From NCBI GenBank assembly GCA_036676395.1, contig JAKFCY010000002.1, positions 1,504,001 to 1,568,000 of the forward strand: a stretch of DNA of 64,000 nucleotides. Reading direction: 5' to 3'. This document shows, piece by piece, positions 49,690-58,865 of this stretch. A program made the position numbers and the translations under genes. This stretch comes from Bdellovibrio sp. Lineage in GTDB: Bacteria; Bdellovibrionota; Bdellovibrionia; Bdellovibrionales; Bdellovibrionaceae. The notes beneath the pieces are model-generated. The model was not told where the DNA came from. It ran no database searches and worked only from the letters and a program-made list of their open reading frames with translations. Every line of letters begins with the position of its first letter. Position 1 is the stretch's first letter.

Positions 49690-49901
49690 TGGGAGATATT
49701 TCTCTTTCATCGCTAGCTGCGGGCTTTGTTTTTGGAGTCATTGGCTTTTGGCTCTTTAAAGAAGGTAAACGTCGCACAGAGGTGCGTTTAGTCATCATTG
49801 GCATTACAATGATGGGTTATTCGTACTTCACTGGTTCGCCTCTCGCTGATTGGGGCATAGGCCTTGGGTTATGCGGCCTGGCCTATTTTTACTGGGTGTA
49901 A
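49689..49901 (+). CDS. Small membrane protein
   Basis: 70 aa with three hydrophobic segments; TAATG overlap with scoB. Confidence 0.7.
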   Translation: MGDISLSSLAAGFVFGVIGFWLFKEGKRRTEVRLVIIGITMMGYSYFTGSPLADWGIGLGLCGLAYFYWV

Positions 49902-49997
49902 TTTAAACTGCCCGCCCTGTTTTCTAGAGTGAAAACTTGAGTATATTTTTCAAGCAAGTCACATTTTTGAGCTAGTGCCGAAGCGATACTGTGTTAA

Positions 49998-50015
49998 TTG
50001 GCCTTCACCTTGCTT
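49998..50015 (+). promoter_or_regulatory. Putative sigma54 promoter for the DUF4360 gene
   Basis: TTGGCCTTCACCTTGCTT: GG(50000-50001)-N10-GC(50012-50013). Confidence 0.55.
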
Positions 50016-50049
50016 TAGTGATCTTCCGAACACATATCGGGAGATATAA

Positions 50050-50715
50050 ATGAAAACTACACTCATCGCATTACTACTACTTTTATCAACTCAAAGCTTC
50101 GCACAAAAGCCACCATCAGCAGCTGTTACTAGCGTACAAATCGATGGCTCTGGCTGTGAAGCTGGTTCTGCGAATGCTCTTATCACCTCAGACTTAAATT
50201 ACTTAAGCGTATTATATGATCGCTTCTCTGTAGAGCTTGGCAAAGGCACTGCAAATCCAAAAGATTCAAACGACGAAAAATCTTGCTCGATCGTTGTAAA
50301 TATCAACGTTCCACATGGTTGGACTTTTGATTTTGATACTGTTGATTACCGTGGTTTTGTTGAAGTTACAAACTCAGGTGCTTTAGGTTACCAATTCATT
50401 AAGGCTGAAATTGAAGGCGGAAGATCTTTTGGTTTTGAACAAAAAGTATTTAAAGGACCAATCAACAAAAATTATGTTGTATCAGTTAAAAATCAAGCTC
50501 CAGGAATTTTTGGAAGCCTTGGTGGTATCGGTAAAATCGGCGGAGCTGTAGCTTGTTTATCCGGCGGTCAAAACATCCGTGTAAAAATCAAATCACAAAT
50601 CGGCGTTAAAAGCTTAATTAAATTCTTAAAACCAAGAGCACGTCTAGTGATCGATTCAACAGACGCGTCTATGGCGCAAAGATTAAAATTCAACTGGAAA
50701 CGTTGCGGCGGTTAA
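50050..50715 (+). CDS. Exported DUF4360 domain protein
   Basis: Signal peptide ending SFA; GSGC.AGS, K.C.I...VP.GW.F...DYRG, terminal W..C. Confidence 0.85.
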   Translation: MKTTLIALLLLLSTQSFAQKPPSAAVTSVQIDGSGCEAGSANALITSDLNYLSVLYDRFSVELGKGTANPKDSNDEKSCSIVVNINVPHGWTFDFDTVDYRGFVEVTNSGALGYQFIKAEIEGGRSFGFEQKVFKGPINKNYVVSVKNQAPGIFGSLGGIGKIGGAVACLSGGQNIRVKIKSQIGVKSLIKFLKPRARLVIDSTDASMAQRLKFNWKRCGG

Positions 50716-50716
50716 T

Positions 50717-52204
50717 CTAACCAATCTCTTTTACAGATGAAAACCGAAGAGGCAGCTTTGAATCAGCTGCCTTTTTATATTCTTCGCCACCTAGCGTGTG
50801 CACATGTAAAGAATTCGTTTTACCTTTTTCTGATAAGGGCTGACCTAGCGTGAAAATAATTTTATCACCCGTTTTGCCTAAACCATTTTCGATTAACATC
50901 TGTTCAATTTGCGTGATAATATCTTTTAAATTCGTGTAAGGCTTTAAAGCTAGAGTTTGTAAACCCCATAAAATTTCTAAACGATTTAACACTTCAATAT
51001 CTGTTGTCACAGCAACGATTTGAGCTTTCGGGCGAAAGCTAGAAATAATTTGCGCGGTTTTTCCTGAAGTTGTTAAACACACAATCGCTGAAGCATTTAA
51101 TTTTAAAGCTGAAAGCGCAGAACTTGCTGCAATCGCCGCAGGCGTTGATAACAATTCATTTTCTAAAGAAATTTTATAATAATTTTCTTCGTTCTTTTCA
51201 ACTTCAAGAATGATTTCATGCATAGTGCGAATCGCTTTAAACGGGTATTTACCGCTTGCGCTTTCTGCAGACAACATTAAGGCATCAGTGCCATCCAGCA
51301 CGGCATTGGCCACATCTGTGATCTCGGCGCGCGTTGGGCGTGGATTTTCAACCATTGAATCCAGCATTTGTGTTGCTGTGATAACGGGTTTTCCTAATTG
51401 ATTGCAAAGTTTAATAATTTTTTTCTGAGAACTTGGCAAACGGCTTTGGCCAACTTCAACGGCTAAGTCTCCGCGGGCGACCATGACGACATCTGATAGG
51501 CGCACGATCTCTTCTAAATTTTCAAGAGCCTCTAACATTTCAATTTTAGCTACGATTTTGGCCGGCGATTTATGAGCGTCAATAATTTCACGCAATTGCC
51601 TGATATCTTTACCAAAACGCACGAAACTTAAAGCGATAAAATCTACGCCATGTTTCAAACCGAAATCTAAATCTTTTAAATCTTTTTCAGTCATCGCTTC
51701 GACAGGCAAAAGAATACCTGGTAAGTTCATGCCTTTTCGGTTTTTTAAGATGCCGCCGTAAATCACTTTAGCTTCAAGAGCTTTTTCGCCGACTTTCAAG
51801 ACTTCAAGCTCAATCAAACCATCATCAATTAAAATTTTATTTCCAGGTTTTGCTGCTTTACAAAGCTCTTTGAAATCACTTGGGATCAAACCCTCTTTAC
51901 CCAACACATCTTCGATGGTCACTGTAACTATTTGATTTTGCGCTAATGTGATTGAGCCTTTTTCAAAAAGACCAACACGCACTTTAGGGCCTTGCAAATC
52001 TTGTAAGATAGTGACCGGCGCATTTAATTCAATCGATTTTGCACGTACGGCGTGAATCACTTTTAAATGATCTTCATGAGTGCCATGGCTGAAATTAAGC
52101 CTGGCTACGTTCATGCCGGCGCGAATAGCCTGAGCGATATTTTCAGGGTCTTGAGTTGCGGGTCCGATTGTGGCTACGATTTTTGCTCTACGATGTGCTA
52201 ACAT
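50717..52204 (-). CDS. pyk: Pyruvate kinase
   Basis: KIVATIGPA, RLNFSHG, DLQGPK.R, MVARGDL, ATQMLDSM..NPRPTRAE. Confidence 0.99.
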   Translation of the reverse strand: MLAHRRAKIVATIGPATQDPENIAQAIRAGMNVARLNFSHGTHEDHLKVIHAVRAKSIELNAPVTILQDLQGPKVRVGLFEKGSITLAQNQIVTVTIEDVLGKEGLIPSDFKELCKAAKPGNKILIDDGLIELEVLKVGEKALEAKVIYGGILKNRKGMNLPGILLPVEAMTEKDLKDLDFGLKHGVDFIALSFVRFGKDIRQLREIIDAHKSPAKIVAKIEMLEALENLEEIVRLSDVVMVARGDLAVEVGQSRLPSSQKKIIKLCNQLGKPVITATQMLDSMVENPRPTRAEITDVANAVLDGTDALMLSAESASGKYPFKAIRTMHEIILEVEKNEENYYKISLENELLSTPAAIAASSALSALKLNASAIVCLTTSGKTAQIISSFRPKAQIVAVTTDIEVLNRLEILWGLQTLALKPYTNLKDIITQIEQMLIENGLGKTGDKIIFTLGQPLSEKGKTNSLHVHTLGGEEYKKAADSKLPLRFSSVKEIG

Positions 52205-52221
52205 TGAACTACAATAGCGAT

Positions 52222-52890
52222 TTACTGAACGAAAGTCCTCTTAAAAAAAGTTTCTTTGTTTTTACGCTGTTGTTCACGAATACGACGAGCACGCTCGGCT
52301 TCTTGTTTTTTCTGTTCTTCAACAGAAGCAATTCGGCGGTTTAAAATCTGCTTATGCACAGCCACATCTTGCTTGAAGCTTTTATTGTAAATAGGCGAAA
52401 TGTTTTTGTATTCAGCTTTTAAGGCATCAACACTATTATAAAAACCAGCTAATTTTTTAATAAACGGTTCACGGTCTAAAAGATATCTTTCAGTCTCGCC
52501 GTCACTAAACTTAAAGACATAAAAATCCTTACCATCAATCACTTCGATCTGGCCTTTGGTAATATCGGCATAAGACGGAAATTTAGTCAGCGGAACACCT
52601 TTTACATGCACAGCGCTCTTTGTACCCAGCACAATGAACCCACCAACAACAGGTTCAAGATTAAGTTGTGTAAAGTCAGTAATTTTTACGACCGCATTTT
52701 TTAAAAAAACGAAGCTTGTTTGGTTAATGACTGATTTATGACGAGAAATTGATTTAATAGTGCAAGGCAGAGTTTGTTTTACGTAACAATCAGCTGGCTG
52801 ACTTACGATTTCATCATCTTTAACCGCCACAGCTTTTGCCATTGCATTAAATGATAAAGATAAAAGAAATACCGCCACAAGTTGTTTCAT
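52222..52890 (-). CDS. Exported hypothetical protein
   Basis: Signal peptide ending AMA; RRIAS motif; charged C-terminal helix. Confidence 0.75.
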   Translation of the reverse strand: MKQLVAVFLLSLSFNAMAKAVAVKDDEIVSQPADCYVKQTLPCTIKSISRHKSVINQTSFVFLKNAVVKITDFTQLNLEPVVGGFIVLGTKSAVHVKGVPLTKFPSYADITKGQIEVIDGKDFYVFKFSDGETERYLLDREPFIKKLAGFYNSVDALKAEYKNISPIYNKSFKQDVAVHKQILNRRIASVEEQKKQEAERARRIREQQRKNKETFFKRTFVQ

Positions 52891-52891
52891 A

Positions 52892-53500
52892 TTATTCTAC
52901 CTTTAACCCACTGAAATCGCTCTTAAGAATTCCTTCAATTTTGCGTGAATCTTCTTTGCGATTGAGTAATGCGTACGACTTTGATAACCACTGCAGGCCC
53001 TTACCTGTCCAATAAGACTCTGGATAGCGCAAGACCATATTATCCAATGTATCTATGCACACTTCAGATAATTTTAAATTTGAACACTGAAGCGCAATTG
53101 ATTCGTAATCAGCACGCGCTAAATACTCATCATTAGCTGTAGATTTTTTAATTTTTTCAACCATGACCAATGCTTCTTTGAATTTTTTCTTTTGTTTTAG
53201 CTCGGTTACGCGCATGAAATAAAATTCAGACAGATCAACATCTTTATGTTTTATTTTAGACAATGACTTTTGCACATCAGAATCAACTGAAGCGATGCCA
53301 CGCGCATTAAAATGGCTTAAACTGTTTAGCTCAGCTAATTGAATTTCCAGCTTTTTTTGCTCTAAAGCTTGCGACAAGAATTGGATACGTTTTTTGTCGA
53401 TTTCTGAGCCTTCTATATAAATGTCAAAACAAATATAAAATGACGATAGGCCAAAAAGTAGAAATAAGCTTAAAAATAGATATTGATAGCTTCTGCTCAT
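52892..53500 (-). CDS. Membrane-anchored TPR-like (CpoB/BamD-type) hypothetical protein
   Basis: N-terminal TM helix, RGIAS motif, helical repeats with YPES and terminal DF. Confidence 0.65.
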   Translation of the reverse strand: MSRSYQYLFLSLFLLFGLSSFYICFDIYIEGSEIDKKRIQFLSQALEQKKLEIQLAELNSLSHFNARGIASVDSDVQKSLSKIKHKDVDLSEFYFMRVTELKQKKKFKEALVMVEKIKKSTANDEYLARADYESIALQCSNLKLSEVCIDTLDNMVLRYPESYWTGKGLQWLSKSYALLNRKEDSRKIEGILKSDFSGLKVE

Positions 53501-53507
53501 GTATCAC

Positions 53508-53534
53508 ATTTCGGCAATTATAAGACTAAAGTTA
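53508..53534 (-). promoter_or_regulatory. Putative sigma28-type promoter
   Basis: TAAC-N15-GCCGAAAT ending 7 nt before ATG 53500. Confidence 0.45.
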
Positions 53535-53624
53535 AGAAATTCCTTAATGTTATGCAGAAAAAGATGACTGAAAAGCAGTAACTCATTAGGTTCATAGTTC
53601 GCATTTACAGTGTTTGGGGATTCG

Positions 53625-53912
53625 ATGAACAAAGCAGAGTTAGTTACCGCAGTTTCTGATAAAACTAAACTTTCAAAGTCTCAAGTTGAGACAATGATCA
53701 ATACCACCTTAGAAGTTATCCAAAAAACTGTGTCTAAAGGCGAAGAGGTTAAGATCGTAGGTTTTGGTTCATTTCAAGTGCAAGCCCGCAAAGCTAAAAC
53801 TGGTCGTAACCCAAAAACCGGCGAAACTCATAAAATTCCAGAATGCTCTATTCCCCGCTTCAAGCCAGGCAAAGAATTCAAAACCCTTGTTGGCAAAAAG
53901 AAAGCTACTTAG
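53625..53912 (+). CDS. hup: DNA-binding protein HU
   Basis: MNKAELV, GFGSF, GRNPKTGE, P.FKPGK. Confidence 0.97.
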   Translation: MNKAELVTAVSDKTKLSKSQVETMINTTLEVIQKTVSKGEEVKIVGFGSFQVQARKAKTGRNPKTGETHKIPECSIPRFKPGKEFKTLVGKKKAT

Positions 53913-53915
53913 AAC

Positions 53916-55502
53916 TTAAAATTTATCAAATTTAGATTTAAATGCTGATGGCCATGAATCGATGATTTCAACCGTCTCGTAATACGATTGTGTAAATAAC
54001 TTACCCTGCAAATCTTTTAACAAAAGTTGTTTATGTTGTGGCAGTTTTAAAATTTTCTTTTGAAACGCAGTATAGACTTTTTCGCCCATAATACCACCCA
54101 AAATATTTGCTGCAGTGACGTGGCTTTTTTTATTTCTTAGACTTGATTTTTTCTTATTTAAAAACGACAAATCCTGAAATGTCGCAAAACGCACTTCATT
54201 TAATTTCTGCTCTAGAGCCAACACTAATGCCTCTTTACCTTTATCAGAAAACTGCTCTGATCGTAAGGCCGTTCGTATATCATCAAAGGTGTCTGTTTTT
54301 TTCTTAGGATTAATAATCTTAGTTAAAAAATAGGTCAGCATTTCAAGCCAGATATTTTTTAAAAAATCTTTTTTACCGTCGATGATAGATTTTTTATAAA
54401 CACCCAATTTGTACAGAACAAAAAGAGCCGCTACTTTTGAAATCTGATTTAATGAAGGGCGCGCTACAAACCCCATTTGCTGTTCTGGGCAATAAAAAGA
54501 CTGGCCCGACAAGAGTAGTTCTTTATAATAAGCGCGTTCTAGCGCAGGAAGTTTTTGAATTTTATTAAATAAAACTTCGTCATTAACTGAATACACACTC
54601 AAATCATCCACTTTAATATGAATATTCAACATTTTATTTAAAACTTCTACCGCTTGTGAAACGTGATCAGTTAAGTCGTAATCATCAACTTTTATTTTTT
54701 TATCGTGTCCGGTTTCAAGATAGAGTAAATAATCCTGCCATTTTACCCACGGCAATACTGACATCAAGGCCCAGCGGTTGGCTGATAATTTAACAAAATC
54801 AGCGCCGGATGGATCTTTATGTTTTTTTAATAATTTAAAGTACAGATTTTCAGGGCTTTGAAGCAAAACCACTTCTGAAAGTTTACGATTAACTTTACGC
54901 ACTTCTTGCGGAAGATGTTTGCTTGCTAAATGAAAATCACCAAACTGCACTAATATTTTGCGTGTAGGATTAGCTTTAATCGCCGTATTGATTACTCCGG
55001 CAGTAAAACGGTCCTGGTCTGCAAACTTTCGTTTAGTCATCGAATTTAGGGCTATGATCGGCACTTTATTTTGACTGGCCCATTTCATTAAAGGACGCGT
55101 GAACTCCCACGGGAATCCCCAAGTCTTCTTCCATTCGATTTTTTTTAAAAATTCACGCTCGTTCAGATGACCAGACAAATAGGCATTCAAAACTTTTTGA
55201 TGTTCTAAAAAAAAACACTCTAAGCCTAAGCACACATTTTGAGCGCCTAGCTTGCGTGCGATTCTAAGAACGGCTCTGGTTGACTGGGCCTGGGCATGAA
55301 AATCGCCAATATATACAATTTGGCTTTTATCCATTTGTTTAAACAGCTCTTGCTTACGCCCGATTTCCCATTGCGAGCGATTGAGCTCTTGTTCGTACTC
55401 TTGCTGGTATTTTTGAATTGAGCGCGTTTGATTCCCGATTAAATCTTCAACCTTGCTGCGAATTCTCATGTAGTAGTCGTACTTAACTTTAACCAGAGGC
55501 AT
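53916..55502 (-). CDS. ChaN-family (Tiki/EreA superfamily) domain protein with a C-terminal extension
   Basis: VYIGDFH, LGLECF...Q..L..YLSG...E.EFL....W...WGF.W, G.FH; no signal peptide visible. Confidence 0.75.
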   Translation of the reverse strand: MPLVKVKYDYYMRIRSKVEDLIGNQTRSIQKYQQEYEQELNRSQWEIGRKQELFKQMDKSQIVYIGDFHAQAQSTRAVLRIARKLGAQNVCLGLECFFLEHQKVLNAYLSGHLNEREFLKKIEWKKTWGFPWEFTRPLMKWASQNKVPIIALNSMTKRKFADQDRFTAGVINTAIKANPTRKILVQFGDFHLASKHLPQEVRKVNRKLSEVVLLQSPENLYFKLLKKHKDPSGADFVKLSANRWALMSVLPWVKWQDYLLYLETGHDKKIKVDDYDLTDHVSQAVEVLNKMLNIHIKVDDLSVYSVNDEVLFNKIQKLPALERAYYKELLLSGQSFYCPEQQMGFVARPSLNQISKVAALFVLYKLGVYKKSIIDGKKDFLKNIWLEMLTYFLTKIINPKKKTDTFDDIRTALRSEQFSDKGKEALVLALEQKLNEVRFATFQDLSFLNKKKSSLRNKKSHVTAANILGGIMGEKVYTAFQKKILKLPQHKQLLLKDLQGKLFTQSYYETVEIIDSWPSAFKSKFDKF

Positions 55503-55583
55503 TGCACTATGTTAATAAATGATTGCTTGATTTCAACCTTTAATCGTCAAAAGATAATATTTAATTCTTAAGGAACCTGACAT

Positions 55584-56750
55584 ATGAGTAAAAAATTAAA
55601 CTTTCTGCTTTTGAGTTTCATCGCATCCGCTGGCGTTTATGCCTACCTTTCATACCATCATTACATGGTTAAACTAGGTCTTGGTGGCACAAGCCTTTGC
55701 CAGGTCAGTGACACGATCAACTGTGACGTGGCAGCCCTTAGCCAGTACGCCGAAATCCTCAACATCCCTATCGCTGTCATTGGACTGAGTTATTCAATTA
55801 TTATGTTAGGCGTTTTTCTTTTTGCCAAATTTGGTTGGTTTGAAGAAAGCGAAGGCTACCAAACTATCGTGAAGAGCTTAACTGCATTTTCAGCGTTTAT
55901 TTCTTTAGTTTTACTGGGCATTTCAATTGTGCAACTTAAAGTGTTCTGCCCGTTCTGTATTGCTGGTTATGTTCTTTCTTTTGTAATAGTTTTTCTAACT
56001 TGGTCGCTTTATTCTGATACTAAATTTAGTTTAAATTTTTCTGCATTGTCTGACGAAAAAGGAATCTTAGGAACACTATTAGCCGTGCCACTGTTGGCTT
56101 GGTTTATTTCAGGCTCAGTGCGCGACAATTACGGTTTAGATCAAATGCAAAAAATCGTTCCCGAAAAAATTTTTCAATGGCAAAAATCTCCGGTCGTCAC
56201 ATTTGATGATACTGTTGGTTTAATTAAAGGCAGCACCGAAGCCACAGCTCCAGTACTTGTTGAATTTGCTGACTTTAAATGCCCACACTGTAAATCTGCC
56301 GCTAATACGATCAAAAATTACTTATCCGGCAATAAAAATGTGAAAATGGTTTTTAAACCCTACCCGCTTGATGGCGTTTGTAATCCGCATATGCCGCAAA
56401 AAGGTGATGGCTCACGTTGTGAATTAGCAGGCTGGGCATTATGTGGCGAAAAATTATTTTCAAAAGGCTGGGATGTTCATTACTGGATTTTTGATCACCA
56501 AGAAGCCATGATGCATGATTCAGACTTATCTTCACATTTAACATCAATGGGTAAAGATCTGGGCATTGATACTGCACAACTTAAAACTTGTGCTACCTCT
56601 GCCGAGACTTACGATATCATCAAAAAAAGTGCTGCTGAGGGTGAAGCTGCTAAAATTACTGGAACACCGGCGATTTTTGTTAATGGCAAAAAACTGGAAT
56701 ACGGCCAATTTATTGACGTACTTCGTGGTGCTATTCAAACTTTGAAATAA
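55584..56750 (+). CDS. VKOR-DsbA/thioredoxin fusion (disulfide bond formation)
   Basis: VKOR C.....NCD...S.Y and CPFC with TM helices; thioredoxin EFADFKCPHC and GTP cis-Pro. Confidence 0.92.
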   Translation: MSKKLNFLLLSFIASAGVYAYLSYHHYMVKLGLGGTSLCQVSDTINCDVAALSQYAEILNIPIAVIGLSYSIIMLGVFLFAKFGWFEESEGYQTIVKSLTAFSAFISLVLLGISIVQLKVFCPFCIAGYVLSFVIVFLTWSLYSDTKFSLNFSALSDEKGILGTLLAVPLLAWFISGSVRDNYGLDQMQKIVPEKIFQWQKSPVVTFDDTVGLIKGSTEATAPVLVEFADFKCPHCKSAANTIKNYLSGNKNVKMVFKPYPLDGVCNPHMPQKGDGSRCELAGWALCGEKLFSKGWDVHYWIFDHQEAMMHDSDLSSHLTSMGKDLGIDTAQLKTCATSAETYDIIKKSAAEGEAAKITGTPAIFVNGKKLEYGQFIDVLRGAIQTLK

Positions 56751-56753
56751 TAA

Positions 56754-57296
56754 TTATTCGAGATTAAAAAATTTAAATACGACTTCTAAGGCCTGGTTCA
56801 GATAGTCATCAAATACGATGAAAAAAGTTGCGCCAAGTCCTTCGAAGATTTCAATCACTACGGCTGAAATCACAACGACTACTGTTGAAAACCAAACTGC
56901 TTTAACTAACATTGTTGTCGATTTAATATCTGATAGGCGTAATTCTTCCTGACAAGTTTCAACCTTGCGCATGACTGATTTCAGCTCTTGAAAATGATCG
57001 CGGTATCTTTCGCGCAATTCATTTTGTTTTGATTTTGTAAGTAAACTCATTCCCGGAAAATTTCTTTTCGTACGAATGGCAAAAATCAAATCGATCGCAT
57101 GATTTACATAGCGGTCAATACGCTCTTTAAAATTCGGGTAATCAGAATCGCGTTCTAAAAAGTCTTTTAAATAGTTGATGGCACGGTCATATTCTTCGTT
57201 CACTACAAACGTTAAAACGTTGTAACGAACTGTATCCGGCACGCCGAGATCACTGATATCCAGGTCATTGACGGCTCGCTTATCTTTAAATGACAT
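56754..57296 (-). CDS. Hypothetical protein with a C-terminal TM helix
   Basis: Long open frame. Start uncertain: ATG 57296 or 57305 preferred over the track start 57344, because a sigma28-like promoter lies at 57313-57339. Confidence 0.7.
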   Translation of the reverse strand: MSFKDKRAVNDLDISDLGVPDTVRYNVLTFVVNEEYDRAINYLKDFLERDSDYPNFKERIDRYVNHAIDLIFAIRTKRNFPGMSLLTKSKQNELRERYRDHFQELKSVMRKVETCQEELRLSDIKSTTMLVKAVWFSTVVVVISAVVIEIFEGLGATFFIVFDDYLNQALEVVFKFFNLE

Positions 57297-57312
57297 TGCA
57301 CCCATAAGCCTT

Positions 57313-57339
57313 ATATCGGCCTTTGACAGGCAAAACTGG
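57313..57339 (-). promoter_or_regulatory. Putative sigma28-type promoter
   Basis: CCAGTTTT-N11-GCCGATAT on the minus strand. Confidence 0.5.
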
Positions 57340-57447
57340 AGCAAAATCTCGGGATTTAAGTCTAGTTTTATGGGTTAAAGGCCTGAACCTATTTCGGGTC
57401 GAGGTCTGGCTATGTGATAATTAAGACTGTTACTTCAGGAGGAAGTT

Positions 57448-58470
57448 ATGGATTTTGAACTTAAGCATTTAGAAATGGTTCAAGGTGATACTCAATCCGC
57501 ACGTGCACAGGATGTGACTCGTTCGATTGGCTCTTCACAAGTTTTAGAAGACTTAACCGGTCAAATCGAAGAACTTCAGAGTAAAATTAAAGTCAGCTAC
57601 CGTAAATTATTACTTTACGAAACTGAAAATCAAAAATTAATTCAGGAAAAAAATTCTTTCTTTTTCGAGAATAAAGTTTTCGCTGAACATAATTCTATTT
57701 TAATAGAAAAGAATAAAGTTTTACAAAGCACGCACGATGAAATGGCCACGTCGATCGAGAAAAAAACTCTTAAAATCGAAATCGCTGAAAAACTAATTGA
57801 AGCGCAAAAAACTGACTTAGGCCGCCTTTCTAAGTTTCATGAAAAGGTTAAGAACATCATCAAGCCGTTTGTTGAAAATTTAAAACAACAGATCACGGTT
57901 TTGACAGCTGAAAATGCGCAAAAAACACGCCTTATCACTCAGTTAGAAACTTACCAGGCTGAATTACAATTAAACATCACAGTCCAAGCTCAAACTATCG
58001 AGACAAATTCGAATCGCTATGCGCACGAGAAAAAAGCTTTGATTCAAAGCTACGAAGAACAAATTCACTTTTTATCAAAAGAGATCGTTGAACAGCAACA
58101 AAGAACACTTGATGCTAATAACGAGAACTTACGACTAAAAAAACAAGTTGAAACAAAACATTTCGTAGAAAATGAACTTGTTAAGTACAAACGTGTACAA
58201 GACGAAAATATCCAAACTGTGAACGCATTACGCTTAAAAGAAAATGAATTAAGCCGTCAATTAACAGAGAGTCATGTTTCAGAATCTAATCATAAAAACC
58301 AAATGATTAGCATGACTGGCGAAATGGAACGTCAGCGCGAATTGCTTGACGCCACTAGAAAACAATTAAGTCACAAAATCACAGAAGTTGAAGATTTAAC
58401 ATTGCGACTTAAAATGTTAGAAAAGTTAAACTCTAATCTTTCTTTAAATTTAAAAGATCATCAGACTTAA
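57448..58470 (+). CDS. Long coiled-coil cytoplasmic protein
   Basis: RBS AGGAGG; E/K/Q/L-rich heptads throughout; no signal peptide or TM helix. Confidence 0.8.
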   Translation: MDFELKHLEMVQGDTQSARAQDVTRSIGSSQVLEDLTGQIEELQSKIKVSYRKLLLYETENQKLIQEKNSFFFENKVFAEHNSILIEKNKVLQSTHDEMATSIEKKTLKIEIAEKLIEAQKTDLGRLSKFHEKVKNIIKPFVENLKQQITVLTAENAQKTRLITQLETYQAELQLNITVQAQTIETNSNRYAHEKKALIQSYEEQIHFLSKEIVEQQQRTLDANNENLRLKKQVETKHFVENELVKYKRVQDENIQTVNALRLKENELSRQLTESHVSESNHKNQMISMTGEMERQRELLDATRKQLSHKITEVEDLTLRLKMLEKLNSNLSLNLKDHQT

Positions 58471-58771
58471 TAGCGTCTGATAGAGTCGAATAGGTCTTCA
58501 TATTCATGCCTTTAAGCTCTAAAAGGCGATAGAAGTCATGCTGAAGGCCTACAATTTTAGCTTCTGGAATCACATTAATTGATTCAAAAAACGTGGTAAT
58601 ATTGGCCGATGCCGTGAAGTTTAACCCATCAAGGCAAAAGACGACCTTACGGCCTTTAAGCTTTTGCTCACACACATCTCTAAATGGTTTATTTTGATCT
58701 GGCTCGATTCGGCCTTTTATTTCAACAACAGTAACAGTGCCTACTTCATAGAACTTTGCTTGCATATTCAC
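58433..58771 (-). CDS. STAS domain protein (anti-sigma factor antagonist-like)
   Basis: VVEIKGRI...VVFCLDGLNFTAS...RLLEL.G...Y.TL.DA pattern. Confidence 0.75.
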   Translation of the reverse strand: MNMQAKFYEVGTVTVVEIKGRIEPDQNKPFRDVCEQKLKGRKVVFCLDGLNFTASANITTFFESINVIPEAKIVGLQHDFYRLLELKGMNMKTYSTLSDAIKSDDLLNLKKD

Positions 58772-58865
58772 CCGCCTATTAGGCTTATCGTTTTTATTAG
58801 AAATAAGTGAATAGACCTCAGTCTTGAAGTGACAAATAATTATTCTCTTTTTAGACTTTTATTCA

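Noticed and set aside
56358..56365. KOPS-like GGGTAGGG on the minus strand pointing toward the dif-like site
   Set aside because: A single octamer is not statistically meaningful, and the KOPS consensus in this lineage is not established from this window.
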